A stretch of DNA of 64,000 nt. Source: Peribolospora baueri (lineage: Eukaryota). The stretch's first letter is position 1; every line of letters begins with the position of its first letter. The stretch spans positions 1-64,000 of the forward strand of contig JAMDHS010000010.1 in the NCBI GenBank assembly GCA_029717555.1. The letters are read 5' to 3'. This document shows positions 26,857-40,779 of this stretch, in pieces. The position numbers and the translations under genes are program-made. Under the pieces are notes generated by a model. It saw nothing but the letters and a program-made list of their open reading frames with translations. It searched no databases and was not told the origin of the DNA.

Positions 26857-27649
26857 GACGGGCGTATGTGAAGCCGATGAAGGGGGGAGAGGAGATGGAG
26901 ACTGAAGAAGACAGCTCTTGAAGTCCTTTCGCTCTCTTGCCGAGCACCTGGGGCTTTTGCGTCTTGTTCGTCGTCGTCGTTTTCGGCGGCCGGTGTCGTC
27001 GTGCGGCCTTTTCTCGGTCAATCACTAGAAGACTTTCTTCTCGCGCGTACACCGCGTCCAGGAAAAGTTGTCTCCTCGCGCAAGGTAGGGTTACGGGTTC
27101 ATGGGACCAACGGAACCACGGCCCGCAGCGGAAAAACCTGCGGCACAGATTTCACGTGGCTCTGGCTGGCCAGCCTGGCTGTGCCCTTGCTGCGACGCTC
27201 TTTGATGAGAGGCTGGCCTGGCCGCGCTTCCGCTTTAGCCATCCAATAACGGCTTTCGCTGGGCTGGCTGTTCGGGACGGAGAGGCAAGGAAGTACAAGA
27301 AGAAGCGGGAGGAGGAGGTTAAGGCGGCACTCCTTCGCACCATCCCACGTCGGCGACGAGGCCACATCGAGCGCCACACCGCCAAGCCGAGTATCGCTCG
27401 CACCGCATCTGGCTCCGCGGTTGGTGCGATCCTTCCTCCGCCTCCTGGGGTCCGCCTCGACGCTGCCAGCGCCTTGGCTTTGGCACCGAGAAGAACTTAC
27501 ATTCGTCTAGGTGCACATTAGCAAGTCCTTCTCTCACTTGCTCTCGACCTCTTCTTCTTCGCCTTCCTTCTCTCCACCACTTCGCTCTCTCCGCCTTCCT
27601 TCATCCTCTATCGGCCGCTTGGGCGCGACGGCTTCCGATCGCCTTCAGC

Positions 27650-30600
27650 ATGGCCCATCCGAACAACCCATCACTGACGCCGCTGACCGCCTCACGCATC
27701 GCGTTTTCCCGCCTCCAGCTCGCCGCCGCGCTCATTGAGGCGGACAGCGACCCATTCGATTCCTCTCAGCCCGCCAGCAACGTCGATGACCCCATCTCTT
27801 CCCTCGGTCAGCCTCCCGCCGGGCCGCCCAAGTACGCACGCGACTCGGTCATCTTTGCTCCCTTCCGCAAAGGCTTCGGGCTCAAGCCAGGGATCGCTGG
27901 ATCTGGCAGTGCCGACTTCCTCGGTGTGCAGCTCCCGAGTGAACGTGCTCGCAGCCGCGCTTCCGGCCATGTTCGCGGGGACTCTTATTTCTCTGCTCGC
28001 AGCGGGGCCAAGAGTGGGGGATACGCATCTGGCACGGAGCTGGAGAGCGCCAACGAGCTTGAGGAGGATGGAGCACTTGGGGAAGACGATCGAGCGGACG
28101 TTGAGCAACAACCAGACAACGGGGGCAGCGATGATGAGGACGACCTCAGCGACTGGGGCCTCGACAAGTTTCTCACCGACAAGGCCAAGGCCAAGTCGTC
28201 TCGCGTCAAGAAGCACCAGTACAACAAGCTGTCCGTGTCTTCCTCCATCGCCGGAAATTTGCCCACCAAAGCCCGTTCCGAGATTCTCATCGGCTCGGGC
28301 GGCGCCCCCGCCGCGCTGGACAGGGCGGCTCGCGAGGAGATGTTCCGTCAGCGTCGGGAGACTTACCTCGCGGCCGGACCGGTGGGCGCCTCTGCAGCCG
28401 CTGCCGATGCTTTGCGCAGGACGGAGAAAGAAGCTGAGGAGGCGAGACAGGAACGCATGGAGACGAGGTCTTTGACTCTTTCCGTCCTCGAAGGCAGGCC
28501 GACACACGGCGACACCGACGTAGGCGACCTAACCTCTCCGATCGGCCAAGGCTTGTCTCGTCCCGGCAGCGTCCTCGATCGGCCTCGACCTGTGCTCACG
28601 CGCTCGTCCAGCGCCAGCCTCCTCGTCAATAGCCAGGTGACCAGCGCCACGGACAAGAATGCCGTCGACGATGTGCCTCCTCGCCCCGGCTCTGCCGCCT
28701 CAGTTAGCGTCCTCAACCGCCGCCGTCCGTCTGTGCAGCTAGACGACCAGTCGCATTTCGGCATCGCTCGTCCCCGCGCCGCATCGGCCTCGAGCCTTGA
28801 AATGCTTCGTCTTCACAATCCGTGGGACGAGTTGGACCCGCGTGCTGCCGCACAGATTGCCGAGGAAGGACGCAAGCGGGTGGGCGAGTCAGGCTACGAA
28901 TCGGATGGAGGGAGGCGGAACAGTCTTTTCGGCATCGCTCAGAACACCCCCCTGCCAGGCAGTACGGGCGGCGGAACGATGTCTGTCACTGACCGGGGCC
29001 ACTCGTCCGATGGGGGCCTTACGTCGACGCTGGATGCGGCCACTCGCGTCCCTCTGCCTTCTTCCAGCCGGACTGGCACAACTACAAGCGTGTTGAGCCC
29101 TGAAGAGCGCCGCAGGTTATTCGACCTCGAACCTCACGATTTGTCCGATCCCGAGGACGAACAGGGCAACTTTTCCAACGGCACCAACACTCCCGGGACG
29201 CCCGCTGCGCGCTCTAGGACGACAAGCCTTCTCGGTCTTGGACCGGAAGCGGAGATCGCCAGCGCGGCCATATTCGGACTTGGCAAGACGGGGTGGGAGA
29301 TGGCTTTACAGATTGCCCAGTCGGCGACGCCGCCCTACGCTAGTCCCAAAGGCTCTCCTCCCGCCACTTCCACTCCGCCTCTCCCCGCTGAAGCTGAAGA
29401 GGACGAAGACGAGGCTGGTTGCCCCCTTGCGAAGGGCCGGCGGTCGTCGTCGCAGAAGAAATTGAGGAAGAGCTTTGTGGGAAAGCGAAAGAGCAAGACC
29501 GCTTCCAAGATTGTCAAGCGCAAGTCTCGGGCCACCGTGGCGAACGTCGACGCCGGTGCAGGCGGCGAGGAGAGCGATGAGGAGGACGACGAAAACGGAG
29601 AGGCTGAGGATCGCGTGCTGCCGCTTCCCAAGAAAGGCCCGCTGCGTCCGATCGGTCTGCATAACCGAGCACCCGTCACGCTCGTCATGCCTGCGCCACT
29701 GCAGGACGTGGAGAAGAAGCGCCAGGAGCGGCTGGCGGAAGCGGAGGCCAAGGCGAAAAACCGTGGCAGCGTGCACATCCCGGAAGGGTTCGTGCTGCAT
29801 CAGGGCACGACGAGAGGGAAGGACAGCAAAGACCGTCCATTGAGCGGTCTGATCGGCTCTGGACTCGAGGGCGTCATCGGCGCGGACGTGGGCGCCCTGA
29901 ACATTTTCCGGCCGGGCGAGGCTCGGACGCTACATTTGAGCGGGACGCAAATGCTGTTCCGTGACACGCTTGTCACCCGCGAGGGCGGAGATGCACACCA
30001 GTGGGGCCTAGGCGTCTGGAACGCGGAGGAGCAGAAGAGAAGGATGCAAGAGGAGGAGGAGGAGAAACAGAGACTGGCGGAGGAGAAGGCGAGGAGGAAG
30101 GCGGAGAAGAAGTGGTTCCGCAGACAGAGGAAGGAGATGGGTGAAGAGCTGTCGACGAGTGAGGATGATAGCACTGAGGAGGACGAGGATGAGAAGACGA
30201 GCCTTCAGGACGTCGTACCCCCTAGCAAGTTCCCCGCCGGGCAGCTGTACGGGAAGAGCTTGATCGATGTGTTGGAGCAGAGACAGACGGAGAGGAAGAA
30301 CAAGGCAAGGTGAGTTTATAGGAGCTCCCCGCTCTTTTTTTTTCATTTAGATGCTCGATGGGCTGAGTTCAATCTAGTGTTTAGCTCGGTCGCTCACATA
30401 AGTTATATCCATTCCCGCTCGCAGGCACTGGAAGGGCGACGACATGGGCCTGCTGATGCCGCCTGGGGGGGATGGCGCCTCGGTCGTCTCTTCGGGATCC
30501 GTTCTCACCACGCCCGACGGACGTATAGCCCGGACGCGCATGGAGGCCGTCTTTGGCGTCGACGAGCTATGGAAGCGCGAGTCAGAACAGATGGCCATAG

Positions 30601-31754
30601 AGCTCGCGCAGGAGGAGCGCAGACGCAAGGCTCTGGAAGAGGAAGAGAGAGTGAGGCAGATGATGATAGGTAGCAAAAAGGCCAACAAGCTCAAGAAGTT
30701 CCGGAAGGAGTGGCAGCCTCAGCTCGACGAAGACGGTCTACCCGTGCGGACCTTCAAGTCGCCCATGGAGCTCGACAAGCCCGTACAGCCGGAGTCTGAG
30801 CCTAGTGGAAACAAGGAGGATGATAGCGACGAAGACGACGAAGGGCAAGAGACGAAGTTGCCTGCCCGCTCCAAAACACCCATCGAACCTCCTAGGCTGG
30901 ATGTCGCCCTGCCGTCGCTGGAAGACGAAGCCAAGTCTAATTCGATGGTCAAGAAGAAGAGACGGAACGGCAAGAGCCCGAAGACCGAGCGCGCTGAGCA
31001 ATGGTTCCGAATGTCTGGTGATGAGGAGGGCGATAGCGAGGACAGCGACGCAGAGTCGGACGACGACTCAAGCGAAGAAGTGGAGGCGTCCACCGCTGCT
31101 GTTCCCAATAGTCCTCCCAAGTTGGCTCTTCCCGAGGGTGATGACAGCTCAGACGACGAGGTGCCTCTTGCGCAGCTCAAAGCACGGACTCCGCGCGCTT
31201 CGATGGCGTTCCCCCCTTCGCCGCTCGCCCAGTCCGCCGGCGGCTCTTCTGACGATGACGAGGTCCCGCTTCAACAGGTCATTGCCAACAAGCGAGCCGC
31301 CGAGATCAAAGCGTGGGCGAGAAGGACGCTCCCTCTGGACCAGAATCCCAGGGAGGACATCAGCCAAAGCATGAGCTTCTCCTCCGCTGGGACGGCCTCT
31401 CGGGATGCTGTGAACGACGAGGACGACGATGACGTGCCGCTTGGGCTCCGCCATCCTCACGCGGAGGAACACCTGCGCGCTGCCGCTGAGCGAGCAGCCC
31501 AGGAGGATGACGACGACGACAAACCCCTAGGCCTCTCGCACCCTCAAGCTCACTTGGCTAGCCAAGCCACGCAGCTTCAAGCGCGCCATGCGCAGCAACA
31601 TGCTGTGCTCCTCATGATGCAGAAGGCAGAACAAGCTCAACTTTTCGCATCTGGCGGACTTGCTCCACCGCCGTCCGCAGCGCCGATCTCGATGCCGGAC
31701 CCGTCTGCATTTCAGGGCATCGAGTTGATGGGCGTAGGGGGACCCTGGCCATGA
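27650..31754 (+). CDS. Large disordered hypothetical protein (2 exons: 27650-30309, 30425-31754; 3' end uncertain)
   Basis: 887-codon ORF joined in frame through a GTGAGT..GCAG intron to a second long exon containing the 436-aa ORF; conserved-looking blocks LYGKSLIDVLEQR and VFGVDELWKRE; repeated DD.(V/K)PL motifs. Confidence 0.75.
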
Positions 31755-32472
31755 CGGGGATCTTACCGGCCCCGACGGTGCGGGTGCGTACATTCTCCCA
31801 TCCTATTCCCGTAGCGAAGAGCTGGGAGGGAGGAGAAACACTCGACCGACCCGACATCATGCACACGATGAGACCACCGGGTCCCTTGGCTGGCGAGAAG
31901 GAAGGGGAGCCCAGGTGACGGGAGAGGCGAACGAACCCCGAGGCCAAGGCCGACCTCAAGCCGTGAGCCTGGTTACGCATGATGCAGAGAGATTCGAGAA
32001 AGGCGAGAAGGGCCTTGGCGTTGATTGTGACGTGCGAGAGGATGAAGAAAATGACGCGGCGCTTGTATCGGCCTCCTCAGCAAGGACTCCCTTCATTGTT
32101 TGTCTCCCGGGTTTTTAGTAGTTTTGGTCGCTCGTCCCCTTCCTCTCTCTTTCGATATAGCGGCGAACTTGTTCGCTTACGGATAAGACGTTGCGCCACG
32201 GACAACTCCTTTCTTTTCCATCGCACACTACGGACACTCTTTTCACTTGGTTTCTCTCTACTTCTTATCACTGTGGAGCCGATCAGCACGCATATCATCC
32301 TAGCATACCACCCATTCTTGTCCATTCCAGTAATTCGATAAGATTGGAGTCCCTCCTTTTCGAACAATTCGTCACCCCATCCAGTGAGATTGTCCAAGCC
32401 CCAAGGGCCAACCAGTGACTTCATGGGCCAATAAAAAGAAACCATTAAGTCGAGAGAGAGTAAAACGTCCAT

Positions 32473-34818
32473 CTAAGCCCTACTGTACATTCTTTGCAGC
32501 TGGTATCCCTCCGTCGTAGCATCTTTTATGGGACGAAGCGGGCCGGACCAACTCCTTTCCATCGGTGGCGGCGGACTATGCACGTCCGGCGTGAACGGCG
32601 TGAACGATGGCCTCTGGGAGCGGTCGGGATAGGTATTAGCGGCGTGGGACACGGGTAGAACGCCAGCGGCGGGAGACTTGTTTTCTTGGCCACCACCGCC
32701 GCCGCCCGTGTCATCGGCGGCCTTGGTCGCCGCCGATGGGTCGCCAACGCCTACGCGCGTGCCCCAACCGGTCTACAGAAAGGGAAAGGACGGTGAGCAT
32801 CGCGGGAAGGCAATGACGTCGCGCGACACGAAGGGAAAGCGTGCAAACAGAGCTCACTTCGTGGAGGGTCAGAGCGGCATAGAGTTTGAGAACGGCAAAG
32901 CAATAGCTGTTATGCGGAGCGCAAACATGATCGGGCCAGTCAGGAGCTGCTCCTACGACACGTACACCAACATCGAGAAAGCCAGTTGCACGAGCTGCAC
33001 CGAGAGAATCGGGGCCGCTACTTACCCGAACAAAATAAAAGCCGGTACGTAAATGATGTCCTGAGGTCGGAACCAGAGATGGGGCAGCAGTTTGGCAGTG
33101 CGGGTGATCATGAGCCACGTGAGGTAGGAGACGATGATATTCCAGGCGGGGAGGTGGTAGCCGCCTTGGGTGACGGGGAGATGTGCTCTTGAGATGAGAT
33201 AAATTACGAGGATGGGGCCGACAATGAGGGTGAAGGGGTTGACGAACCTGAAGAGCGGTTGCCGGCGTGACGATCAAGACGGAAGGGATGAAAGGCATTG
33301 AGACGAGAACAGGCGACGATGTCATCTCCTCCCCGCGTTCAACGCGCTACTCACTTATCAATCATGGTATAGGCCGTATAAGGATGCCTCTTCCAAACGT
33401 ATCTTTCGGTGAAGATGGAGCGAAAATCGGAGCGCCAGGTGTTCCTTGTCCATCGGAGCACTTGCTTGACGAATCGCCAATCAGGCTTCATGGTCGAGAG
33501 AAGCTCGGCCTCTTTGCATACCTGGGAGGTTATTTGACCAGGTTGAGGGAGCGGTCCGGGTGAAGGGAGTTTAAACCCATCAGTACCGGGCGCCCTTTTT
33601 GAAAGGTTTTCTCGTCCTCATGTCTTCCCGTACAGCTTCTCACCTGGATATACGTGTTCCAACCATGGCTGACCATCCACCTGGTCAGGAATTCTGGCAG
33701 TTAAATGAAGTCGCCATAAACAATCCGGATTGAAAAGAGCGAACCCAGATCTCATCAGGGACCCCAGCACGTGAGATAAAATAGGAGGACCGGAAAAGAC
33801 AGCCGGACTGTACCCACTGTCGTCGCCAGAGTTCAGGTGATATTTCCCGAGCCAGAAGTCGTGAGTGAACCCATGCAAGAACGCCGGGTCCTTGAGGATG
33901 ATGGTACGGTACGCGGCGGTACGACCGCTCAAGCAAGGGACGCCCCCGTCGATGTGTGTGGAGGCGGCGATCTCGATGTTGCGAATGGAGAGGCGCATGG
34001 CCGCCAGCACCTCCCACACGGTCATGCGCTTCCCGATGGGCTGCACGCGCTGGGACGTGCCCACGCCTCCGATCTTTTGGTCCTCGAAGCAGGCCAGGAT
34101 GTAGGGGAGCATAGTGGGAGGCCAGATGGCGTCGTCGTCGGCGAAGACGATGATGTCGGTCGTCGTGTTTCGGATGCCGTGCGCCATTTGGAGCCTTTTG
34201 TTCGCCTTGGAGGAGGCGTATGGGAGCCGAGGCCAAAGAAAGCAGGGCGCGACGGTGAGCCAGCGGGCAAACAAGTAGAAACGGTGGGACCCGCGCACAA
34301 GGTTTCCGGGCGGAGAAATTCCTGCGTGCGGAGCATGGGCAGACCGACGGGCTCACCTTGGGGACCGTGAGCACCCTGATCCTGGTGGGATCGACGGAAT
34401 CAGCGAGCTGTTGAAGCGGTTCCCTCATCTTCGTCTCGGTGACGACGATAATCTCCTTCGGCTCGCCGACCAGCCAGCTGTGCGCGGCCTCTCGAAACTC
34501 GTCGCCGGCATCGATGGTGGGGACGATGATAGTCACGTCCTCTCGCGCGATGTACGTCGGGTTCGGAGGTGGGGGGATGGGCTCGTAGATGAACGCCGCA
34601 GTGAGACGCAAAAGATACCAGAAGTAGCGGTAGAAGCCGATGAGGCCGAAGGGGATGACTGCGCGGAGGTAGGCGACAGAGGCAGGGCGGTGAGGAAGGC
34701 AGGACGAGGAGAGAGGACGGCAAGGGGGGCGACGTGGGCGACGATGCACTGACAGCTCGAGTGTGACTAGGAGTGGACACTCACAAACAGGAAACTTGTC
34801 GGCGGTGAGGTACAACAT
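32473..34818 (-). CDS. CPS1: GT2 processive polysaccharide synthase, Cps1/hyaluronan-synthase-like (multi-exon)
   Basis: DVTIIVPTID, IIVFADDDAIW (DxD), PCLSGRTAAYR, SGDD|KFLTRW, QVLRWTRNTW (QxxRW), C-terminal TM helices, TGWGTR; splice junctions keep frame. Confidence 0.9.
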
Positions 34819-35656
34819 CGTCGCACAACCTCGTACCTGATTCCGCCACGAAGCCTCTTGCTGGGCGCCACTTGCTGCTTTGCTTTTTCTTCTCGATTGT
34901 CGGGGTAGAAGAAGTGAGTGGGGATGGGACAAGAATGTCGAGAGGTCGATGGCCTGCTTGGCCTGTCGGGTAGGCGAGGGTGGGCAGGGACGCTCGTCGG
35001 TCCGGGTTGAGTCCGTCTTTCGTCCTCGCTGGTCGTCGACCCCGATTTGTATCAGTCCGGAAGCGCTGGGGGGGATCGACTGCGCGCCTGCGCCATTTCC
35101 GGGCGCAGCGGTTGGCTCGGAACAAGAAGGAGGGCGCAGCACCGACTCAAATTTTAATATAACCAAGGGTTTAACCGGACCGGTCCACCACGAGTCGTCC
35201 AGAAAAAAATGTTTTGCATGCCTCTCCTGCTCATATCCATGAAGGATCGCTCTCCTTGTACCGACCGACGCAGCATGGCAGGTGAGCGCCGGCGAAATCT
35301 CGTGTACCCCCGCGGCGGCGCGGCGCGGATCTCTGCTGCTGCTCGGTGGAGAGCAGGGGGAGAGCCCATGTCGCAACAGCGCAAGCAAAAGCGAAAAGGA
35401 AGCCGACCAAAGTACGAAAGAGATGTGTAATTCAGACAAATACAAATACAATCGCAGCTCGGAGGTTCTATCTCCCCAAGCTGCTACGTTACGCAACCCG
35501 AAAACTACATGAAATGACCACCGATACTGCGTGCCGACGGCCAGCGCGGCTTTCAAGCCACCCGGCGAGGGGTCTGACAGGGACACTGTCGCCTACTGAC
35601 AGTCCTAGGTGTTCCACTCTCCCGTCCCTTGCACTCCACCAAGCGTTAGCTAACCA

Positions 35657-36556
35657 TTAATCCCCATCCATCTTACGTCGCTTGTTGTTCCCGCCACCGG
35701 CCCCCTTGGGTGTGTCGGCGCCACTGACATTCCGTCGCTTGGAGGCCAAGCTCTTGGACACGCTGCTGTTGTTGCCCGAGATGGTGTCGGCGGGGTCGGG
35801 CGTGGGAGAGGCGGATCTGCCTTCACCAGTTTTGAGGGCAAGGGACTAAGTAGGCGAGACAGTTGACAGACATGTTGGGAAATCGCATGAGCAATCCGGA
35901 AACAACGAGCAAGCCACAAGCGCCGAAGTACGGCCCTCGCGAGCAACGTTTACACGTCTCCTCGTACCCACGGCTAGTACAAAGGGCGCTCCCAAAGCTC
36001 ACCTTAGTATAGGTGGAACTGCTCCGACTGAACAACCTGTCGTCCTCTCGAACCTCCGTGTTCGCAGCCCCACCACCGCGCTTGCTGCTTCTCGAAGAAG
36101 AATCAGCACCAGCGGGTTGCGGCTTAAGGTACTGTTCGAAACCTTTAATAATGTTGCCCCCCGAATTGGCTGTCGAGGACAGGTAGGAGCCCTCGAAGGC
36201 GTAGATCTGGGACTCTAATTCAGCCTGACAGAAGCCGAGCGGGGACAGAGCCAACAAGGCGAGAAACAAAATAAGGTGACATATGTCAGACGATACATCA
36301 GTTCATCCATCCATTGCTCATCCGCCTGTTCACGCCGACGGCGGCCGGAGAGCGCCCCATGTTCAGGAGCGATACGCGTCCTGGAAAACGCGCAATCACT
36401 CACGAGGTTGCGATCGATCTGACGCTTCCGCGACAAGAGCTCCAGCAGGTGTTTCTTGGCCGCATCGTACTTTTTCGATCCATCCTCCTTATCCGACGCC
36501 AAGCTGCCCATCTGGGCAAATGCGGAGGGCGCCTGACTGGAGGCCGTGGAAGGCAT
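35657..36556 (-). CDS. EAF6: NuA4/NuA3 histone acetyltransferase subunit Eaf6 (3 exons)
   Basis: AKKHLLELLSRKRQIDRNL|AELESQIYAFEGSYL..GGNIIKGFEQYLK..DDRLFSRSS; last exon SLALK..KRRKMDGD*. Confidence 0.9.
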
Positions 36557-36618
36557 GGAGGGGTATATCCGAGCGTCGTAGGATCGTGTGCTGAACGGAC
36601 CGAGGGTAAGCCTGAGGA

Positions 36619-36645
36619 TTAGGGTTAATGGGCCCTGATCACGTG
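36619..36645 (+). promoter_or_regulatory. Telobox (TTAGGGTTA) plus E-box (TCACGTG) in the divergent EAF6/PXA promoter
   Basis: TTAGGGTTA at 36619-36627 and CACGTG at 36640-36645 in a 368-bp divergent intergenic region. Confidence 0.45.
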
Positions 36646-36924
36646 CGCTGCATGTCACGCGCAAGTCGCCGTTCGGTGAGCACACGGGCCGGCAAGCCGA
36701 TGAATGGTCGACATCGCAGCTAGGCTGCGACTCACTCCGGACAATGCTTCTCAAGAAACGCACAACGCATTGCGTCCTGATCATCGCTCGTCTAATCTCA
36801 ACCGCAAGCACAGGTCCCTGAAGCCTCGTCGGCTTCTGTTCAATCACATCTGGAGCGAGAAGTCATTCCATTCCGACTTTTTCGACTCTCTCCCTGCCCC
36901 ACTCTCGAGGCCGATCCTGTCGCC

Positions 36925-39900
36925 ATGCCGGTCCTCTCCAAGCTCTCCTCCCCAGCCGACCGGCTGAGGCCCTATCTCTCTCGAGTGCGCGAGGGATACG
37001 CCTCCAACCACGAGCTCATTCAGCGCGTACTTAACCTTTCCATGATCGCCTACTCTCTCATCGGCACGTACCGAGGGTTAAAGCCCAAGCCAAAGAAGAA
37101 GGGAAAGGCCAAGGCGAGCGGGGGAGAGGGAAAGGAGGTTGAGAAGAAGGGATCGGCGCCGATTGTGGAGGATGATGGAGGACGGGGAAGGGGAAGGAAA
37201 GGCAAAGGTAGAGGACCTCGCGTGGAGGTGAGTTGGTGTGTCGAGGTGTCTTTCGTAACCTCAGGGTATGATGGGCGTGAATGGTCACCTTTTCATCGGT
37301 TTCTCACGCACCGACCCACGTTTTTCCTTGCCCCGTCCCTCTTCATCCTCACTCAGGTGGATGCCCTCTTCTGGGACCGACTAAGCCGCATTCTCCGCAT
37401 CGTCATACCGTCATGGAAATCGAAGGAGGCGCTCCTGCTCTTTATGCATTCGGGTTTCCTCATCTTCCGCACCATGGTCAGTTTGTACGTCGCTGATCTG
37501 GACGGTGAGTGAGCTGGGACAGGTTTTTTCGGGTGCTAGGGGAAGCCGGCCAAGTTATAAGATAAGGACAGTATTGATGACGAGTCCGCGACCCTTTCCA
37601 ACTTATTGTCATCAGGTCGAATCGTCTCGGCCCTCGTTCGCGGTCGTGTCCGCGCTTTCCTTGTCGGCATCATCTGGTGGATGCTCGTTGCCATTCCAGC
37701 TACCTACACCAACTCCATGATCAGCTATCTTCAGAGCAAGCTCGCGATTGCTTACCGCACCCGCCTCACCGAAAGTGTCCACCATCTGTACCTCGATGAT
37801 ATGACTTTCTACAAGATCGGTGAGCTTCTGTTTTCTGAGATGGTGGTTGAGATGTCGAGCGTGACTTGAGCTGACCCCACTCCGTCGCCACCTTTTAAAG
37901 GCAACTTGGACGATCGCATCAAGAATGCCGACCAGTGAGTCAACGTGCGTCCTTCAAGGCTGCAAAGAGCACAGCTCTAATCCAAATTTTTTATCCCTTC
38001 GTTTGCTCGATTGTTTAGGCTCGTCACAGTCGATATCAACAAGTTTTCCAACTCACTCGCTGAGATCTAGTGCGTGCAAGATTTGCATTTGCGATTGCAC
38101 GCAAACGCGCCTTTGCTAAGCATTTCGACACCTCGAACATCTCGCCATGCTTCGAATGCAGCTCTAACCTAGCTAAACCCATATTGGACGTCATGCTTTA
38201 CAACTACCAACTGTCCAAGAACGGTAGGTTGGCGATTCTGCCGCGGCTACACTATAGAAGTTGACTGACGCGTGTTTCCTTGCCATGCAGTTGGTGCTGA
38301 GTCTCTCATCGGCCTCAGCGTCCTTGTCCAAGGGTCTGCCGCTCTCTGTAAGTCTGTCTTTCGTTTATACTGTCACTCGTAACTCCTCTGACCGAATCGA
38401 CGTCTCTTTCATTGTTCACAGTGAGAGCTCTCACCCCTCCCTTTGGCCAATACGCTGCTCGAGAACAAGAGCTCGAGGGCGAGTTCCGATTCACACACTC
38501 TCGCCTCATCGAGAACGCCGAGGAAGTCGCCTTCTTCTCTGGCCAGGACGTGGAGAAGAACGTGATTGAGCGCGGATACTTTAGCCTCATCAAGCACGTC
38601 AACCGCGTGTTCCGTATTCGTATTGTGCACGGGATGGTGGAGGAGGGGATCATCAAGTGGCTCTGGGGCAGCTTGGGCGTGAGCCTTTCTTCCATACTCT
38701 TTGTTTTCAGCTTTTGTATTTGGCTCACCAAATCGTTAATTGCGGCCCGGCGCTTTCAGCTGGTCATCTGCGCTATTCCTGTCTTCTTCAAGGTGCCTGG
38801 CGTCAAGGCCAGCGACCTCGGGAGCCGGACGGAAGGGTTCATCACCAACAGGTGGGCCTCAATCTTTATATGCCCCGCGGTTATTTCTATCGAGACCCGT
38901 TGGAAACGTGCTAACCCCATCATTCATTGCGTGCTCAAATCCATTCCAGGCGGCTTCTGCTTTCGTCTTCCGATGCTTTAGGTAGAGTCATGTATTCCTA
39001 CAAAGAGCTCCAGGAGGTGAGACATTTCGACCGATCGGCACGATTACTTTATTGTCACTAAACGTCTTCATCGTCTTTCAGCTTGCCGGTTACACCGCCC
39101 GCGTGGCATCTCTTCTGGACACGATGGAGGCCGTCAAGATGGGCAAGTTCGACAAGAAGCTCGTCAGTTCGGCGAGCATCGAGGAGAATGCAAAGGTCCT
39201 ACAAGGTCGAGGACAGATCTTGCACAGCGAGAATGACGAGATCGTCTTCGACGATGTGCCCATTGTTTCGCCCAATGGAGACATCTTGCTCAAGAGTCTC
39301 TCCTTTTTCGTCAAGCCCGGGGTGAGTGGCTTTTAATCAGTCCAAAAAAAGGAGTGTCTTTTGCTCGGGTCGCGTGCTTATCCTCTTACGTTTGTCGTCC
39401 TCGCCACCAGCAACACCTTCTTATTGTCGGTCCCAACGGATGCGGCAAGAGCAGTCTGTTCCGAATCCTCGGAGGACTATGGCCGGTGTATGGTGAGTCA
39501 TGCAGGCGCGCGTTAGTCCCCGTCTCCTGTGGTCAACTTCTGATCGTTCGTCCATATTCGCTCTATCTCTTCCAGGTGGTGTTGTAAAAAAACCACCGCC
39601 GTCTGACTTCACCTACATTCCTCAAAGGCCGTACCTTTCTCTCGGTACCCTTCGCGACCAGATCATCTACCCGAATTCGCACGCCGAGATGCTGGCTCGT
39701 GAGTAAGCGGATCAACGGCAACCTCCTAAATCATCCTGTCGTCCTCGATTTCTTTGTGTTGTCCATGTCCTAACTCACGCCTTTTGCCTACCGAACACAG
39801 GTGGCAAGACTGATGAGGATTTGATGGCCATCCTCGACATCTTGCAGATCGGCCACATCGTCGAGCGAGAGGGAGGCTGGGACGTTTCGCGCGAGTGGCG

Positions 39901-40476
39901 AGATGCGCTCAGCGGTGGCGACAAGCAGCGCATCGCTATGGCTCGGTTGTTCTACCACTCGCCAAAGGTGAGCGTCGCACCTCTATGTCTTCTTTGGAAT
40001 TGACGGACGCTAACTAGCTGCGTCCTCGTCCTTGTACTTCGCGAACAGTACGCCATTCTTGATGAGTGCACTTCTGCTGTCACCCTGGAGATCGAAAAAA
40101 CTATGTACGACCATGCCACCGAGCTTGGCATTACTATGATGACCGTCTCCCACCGCCCTTCTTTGTGGAAGTATCACAAGTGGATCCTTCAGGTGAGTTG
40201 CTGGAGAGCGTTAGTGATGAGACCATATATGGCGACCACGACGAGCTCGACAAGCCTTCTGATTGTTTCTATCCCGTCTTTCGTGCTTCGGCGACGTTTT
40301 CATCCCTTTCGTAGTACGATGGCCACGGTGGCTACGTTTTCACAGAACTCGATCCCGACCGTCGACTGGCGTTGCAAGAGGAGAAGCAAGCGCTGGACCA
40401 GAAGTTGTTGAACGTGCATAAGTGGGAGGAGAGGCTCCAAGAGCTCAAGGCCGCTGCGGCGGAGAGGGAGGCTTGA
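36925..40476 (+). CDS. PXA2: Peroxisomal ABCD half-transporter for long-chain fatty acyl-CoA (Pxa2-like; Pxa1/Pxa2 call tentative), many short exons
   Basis: [14 protein letters not shown] loop [20 protein letters not shown], Walker [17 protein letters not shown], signature LSGGDKQR, Walker [21 protein letters not shown]; stop at 40474-40476. Confidence 0.9.
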
Positions 40477-40779
40477 GCCATAGTACCTGTCTTAACATAT
40501 ATACACATGCCAGTAGTTACATGCAGTCTGTCTGGCCGATTGAAGCGTGTAGAATGCAGCAGGTCGCATGTACGGTGGCAGCCTAGCACTCAGTCAACCG
40601 TCCAGCGGACTGACGTCGCGAGACGTACGCTACGGCTGCGGCGCTGCCGGCGGCACGAGCAGCCGGCGGCAAACGCGCAGGTAATCGCACCTTCCGATAC
40701 GGGAGATGTCGTCCTCAGCTTATCTGGTGACTCTCTTCCGTCTCCTCTAGAGAGCTGCAGCAGTTGATCTGCTAGCGGC

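Noticed and set aside
33685..35586. 633-aa minus-strand ORF
   Set aside because: Read-through of CPS1 upstream DNA, introns and one true exon; the real gene starts at 34818 and is spliced.
36619..36627. TTAGGGTTA here, and the RPL27 promoter copies, as telomerase templates or interstitial telomeres
   Set aside because: They lie in short promoters with no room for or sign of TER structure, and there are no tandem telomeric arrays.
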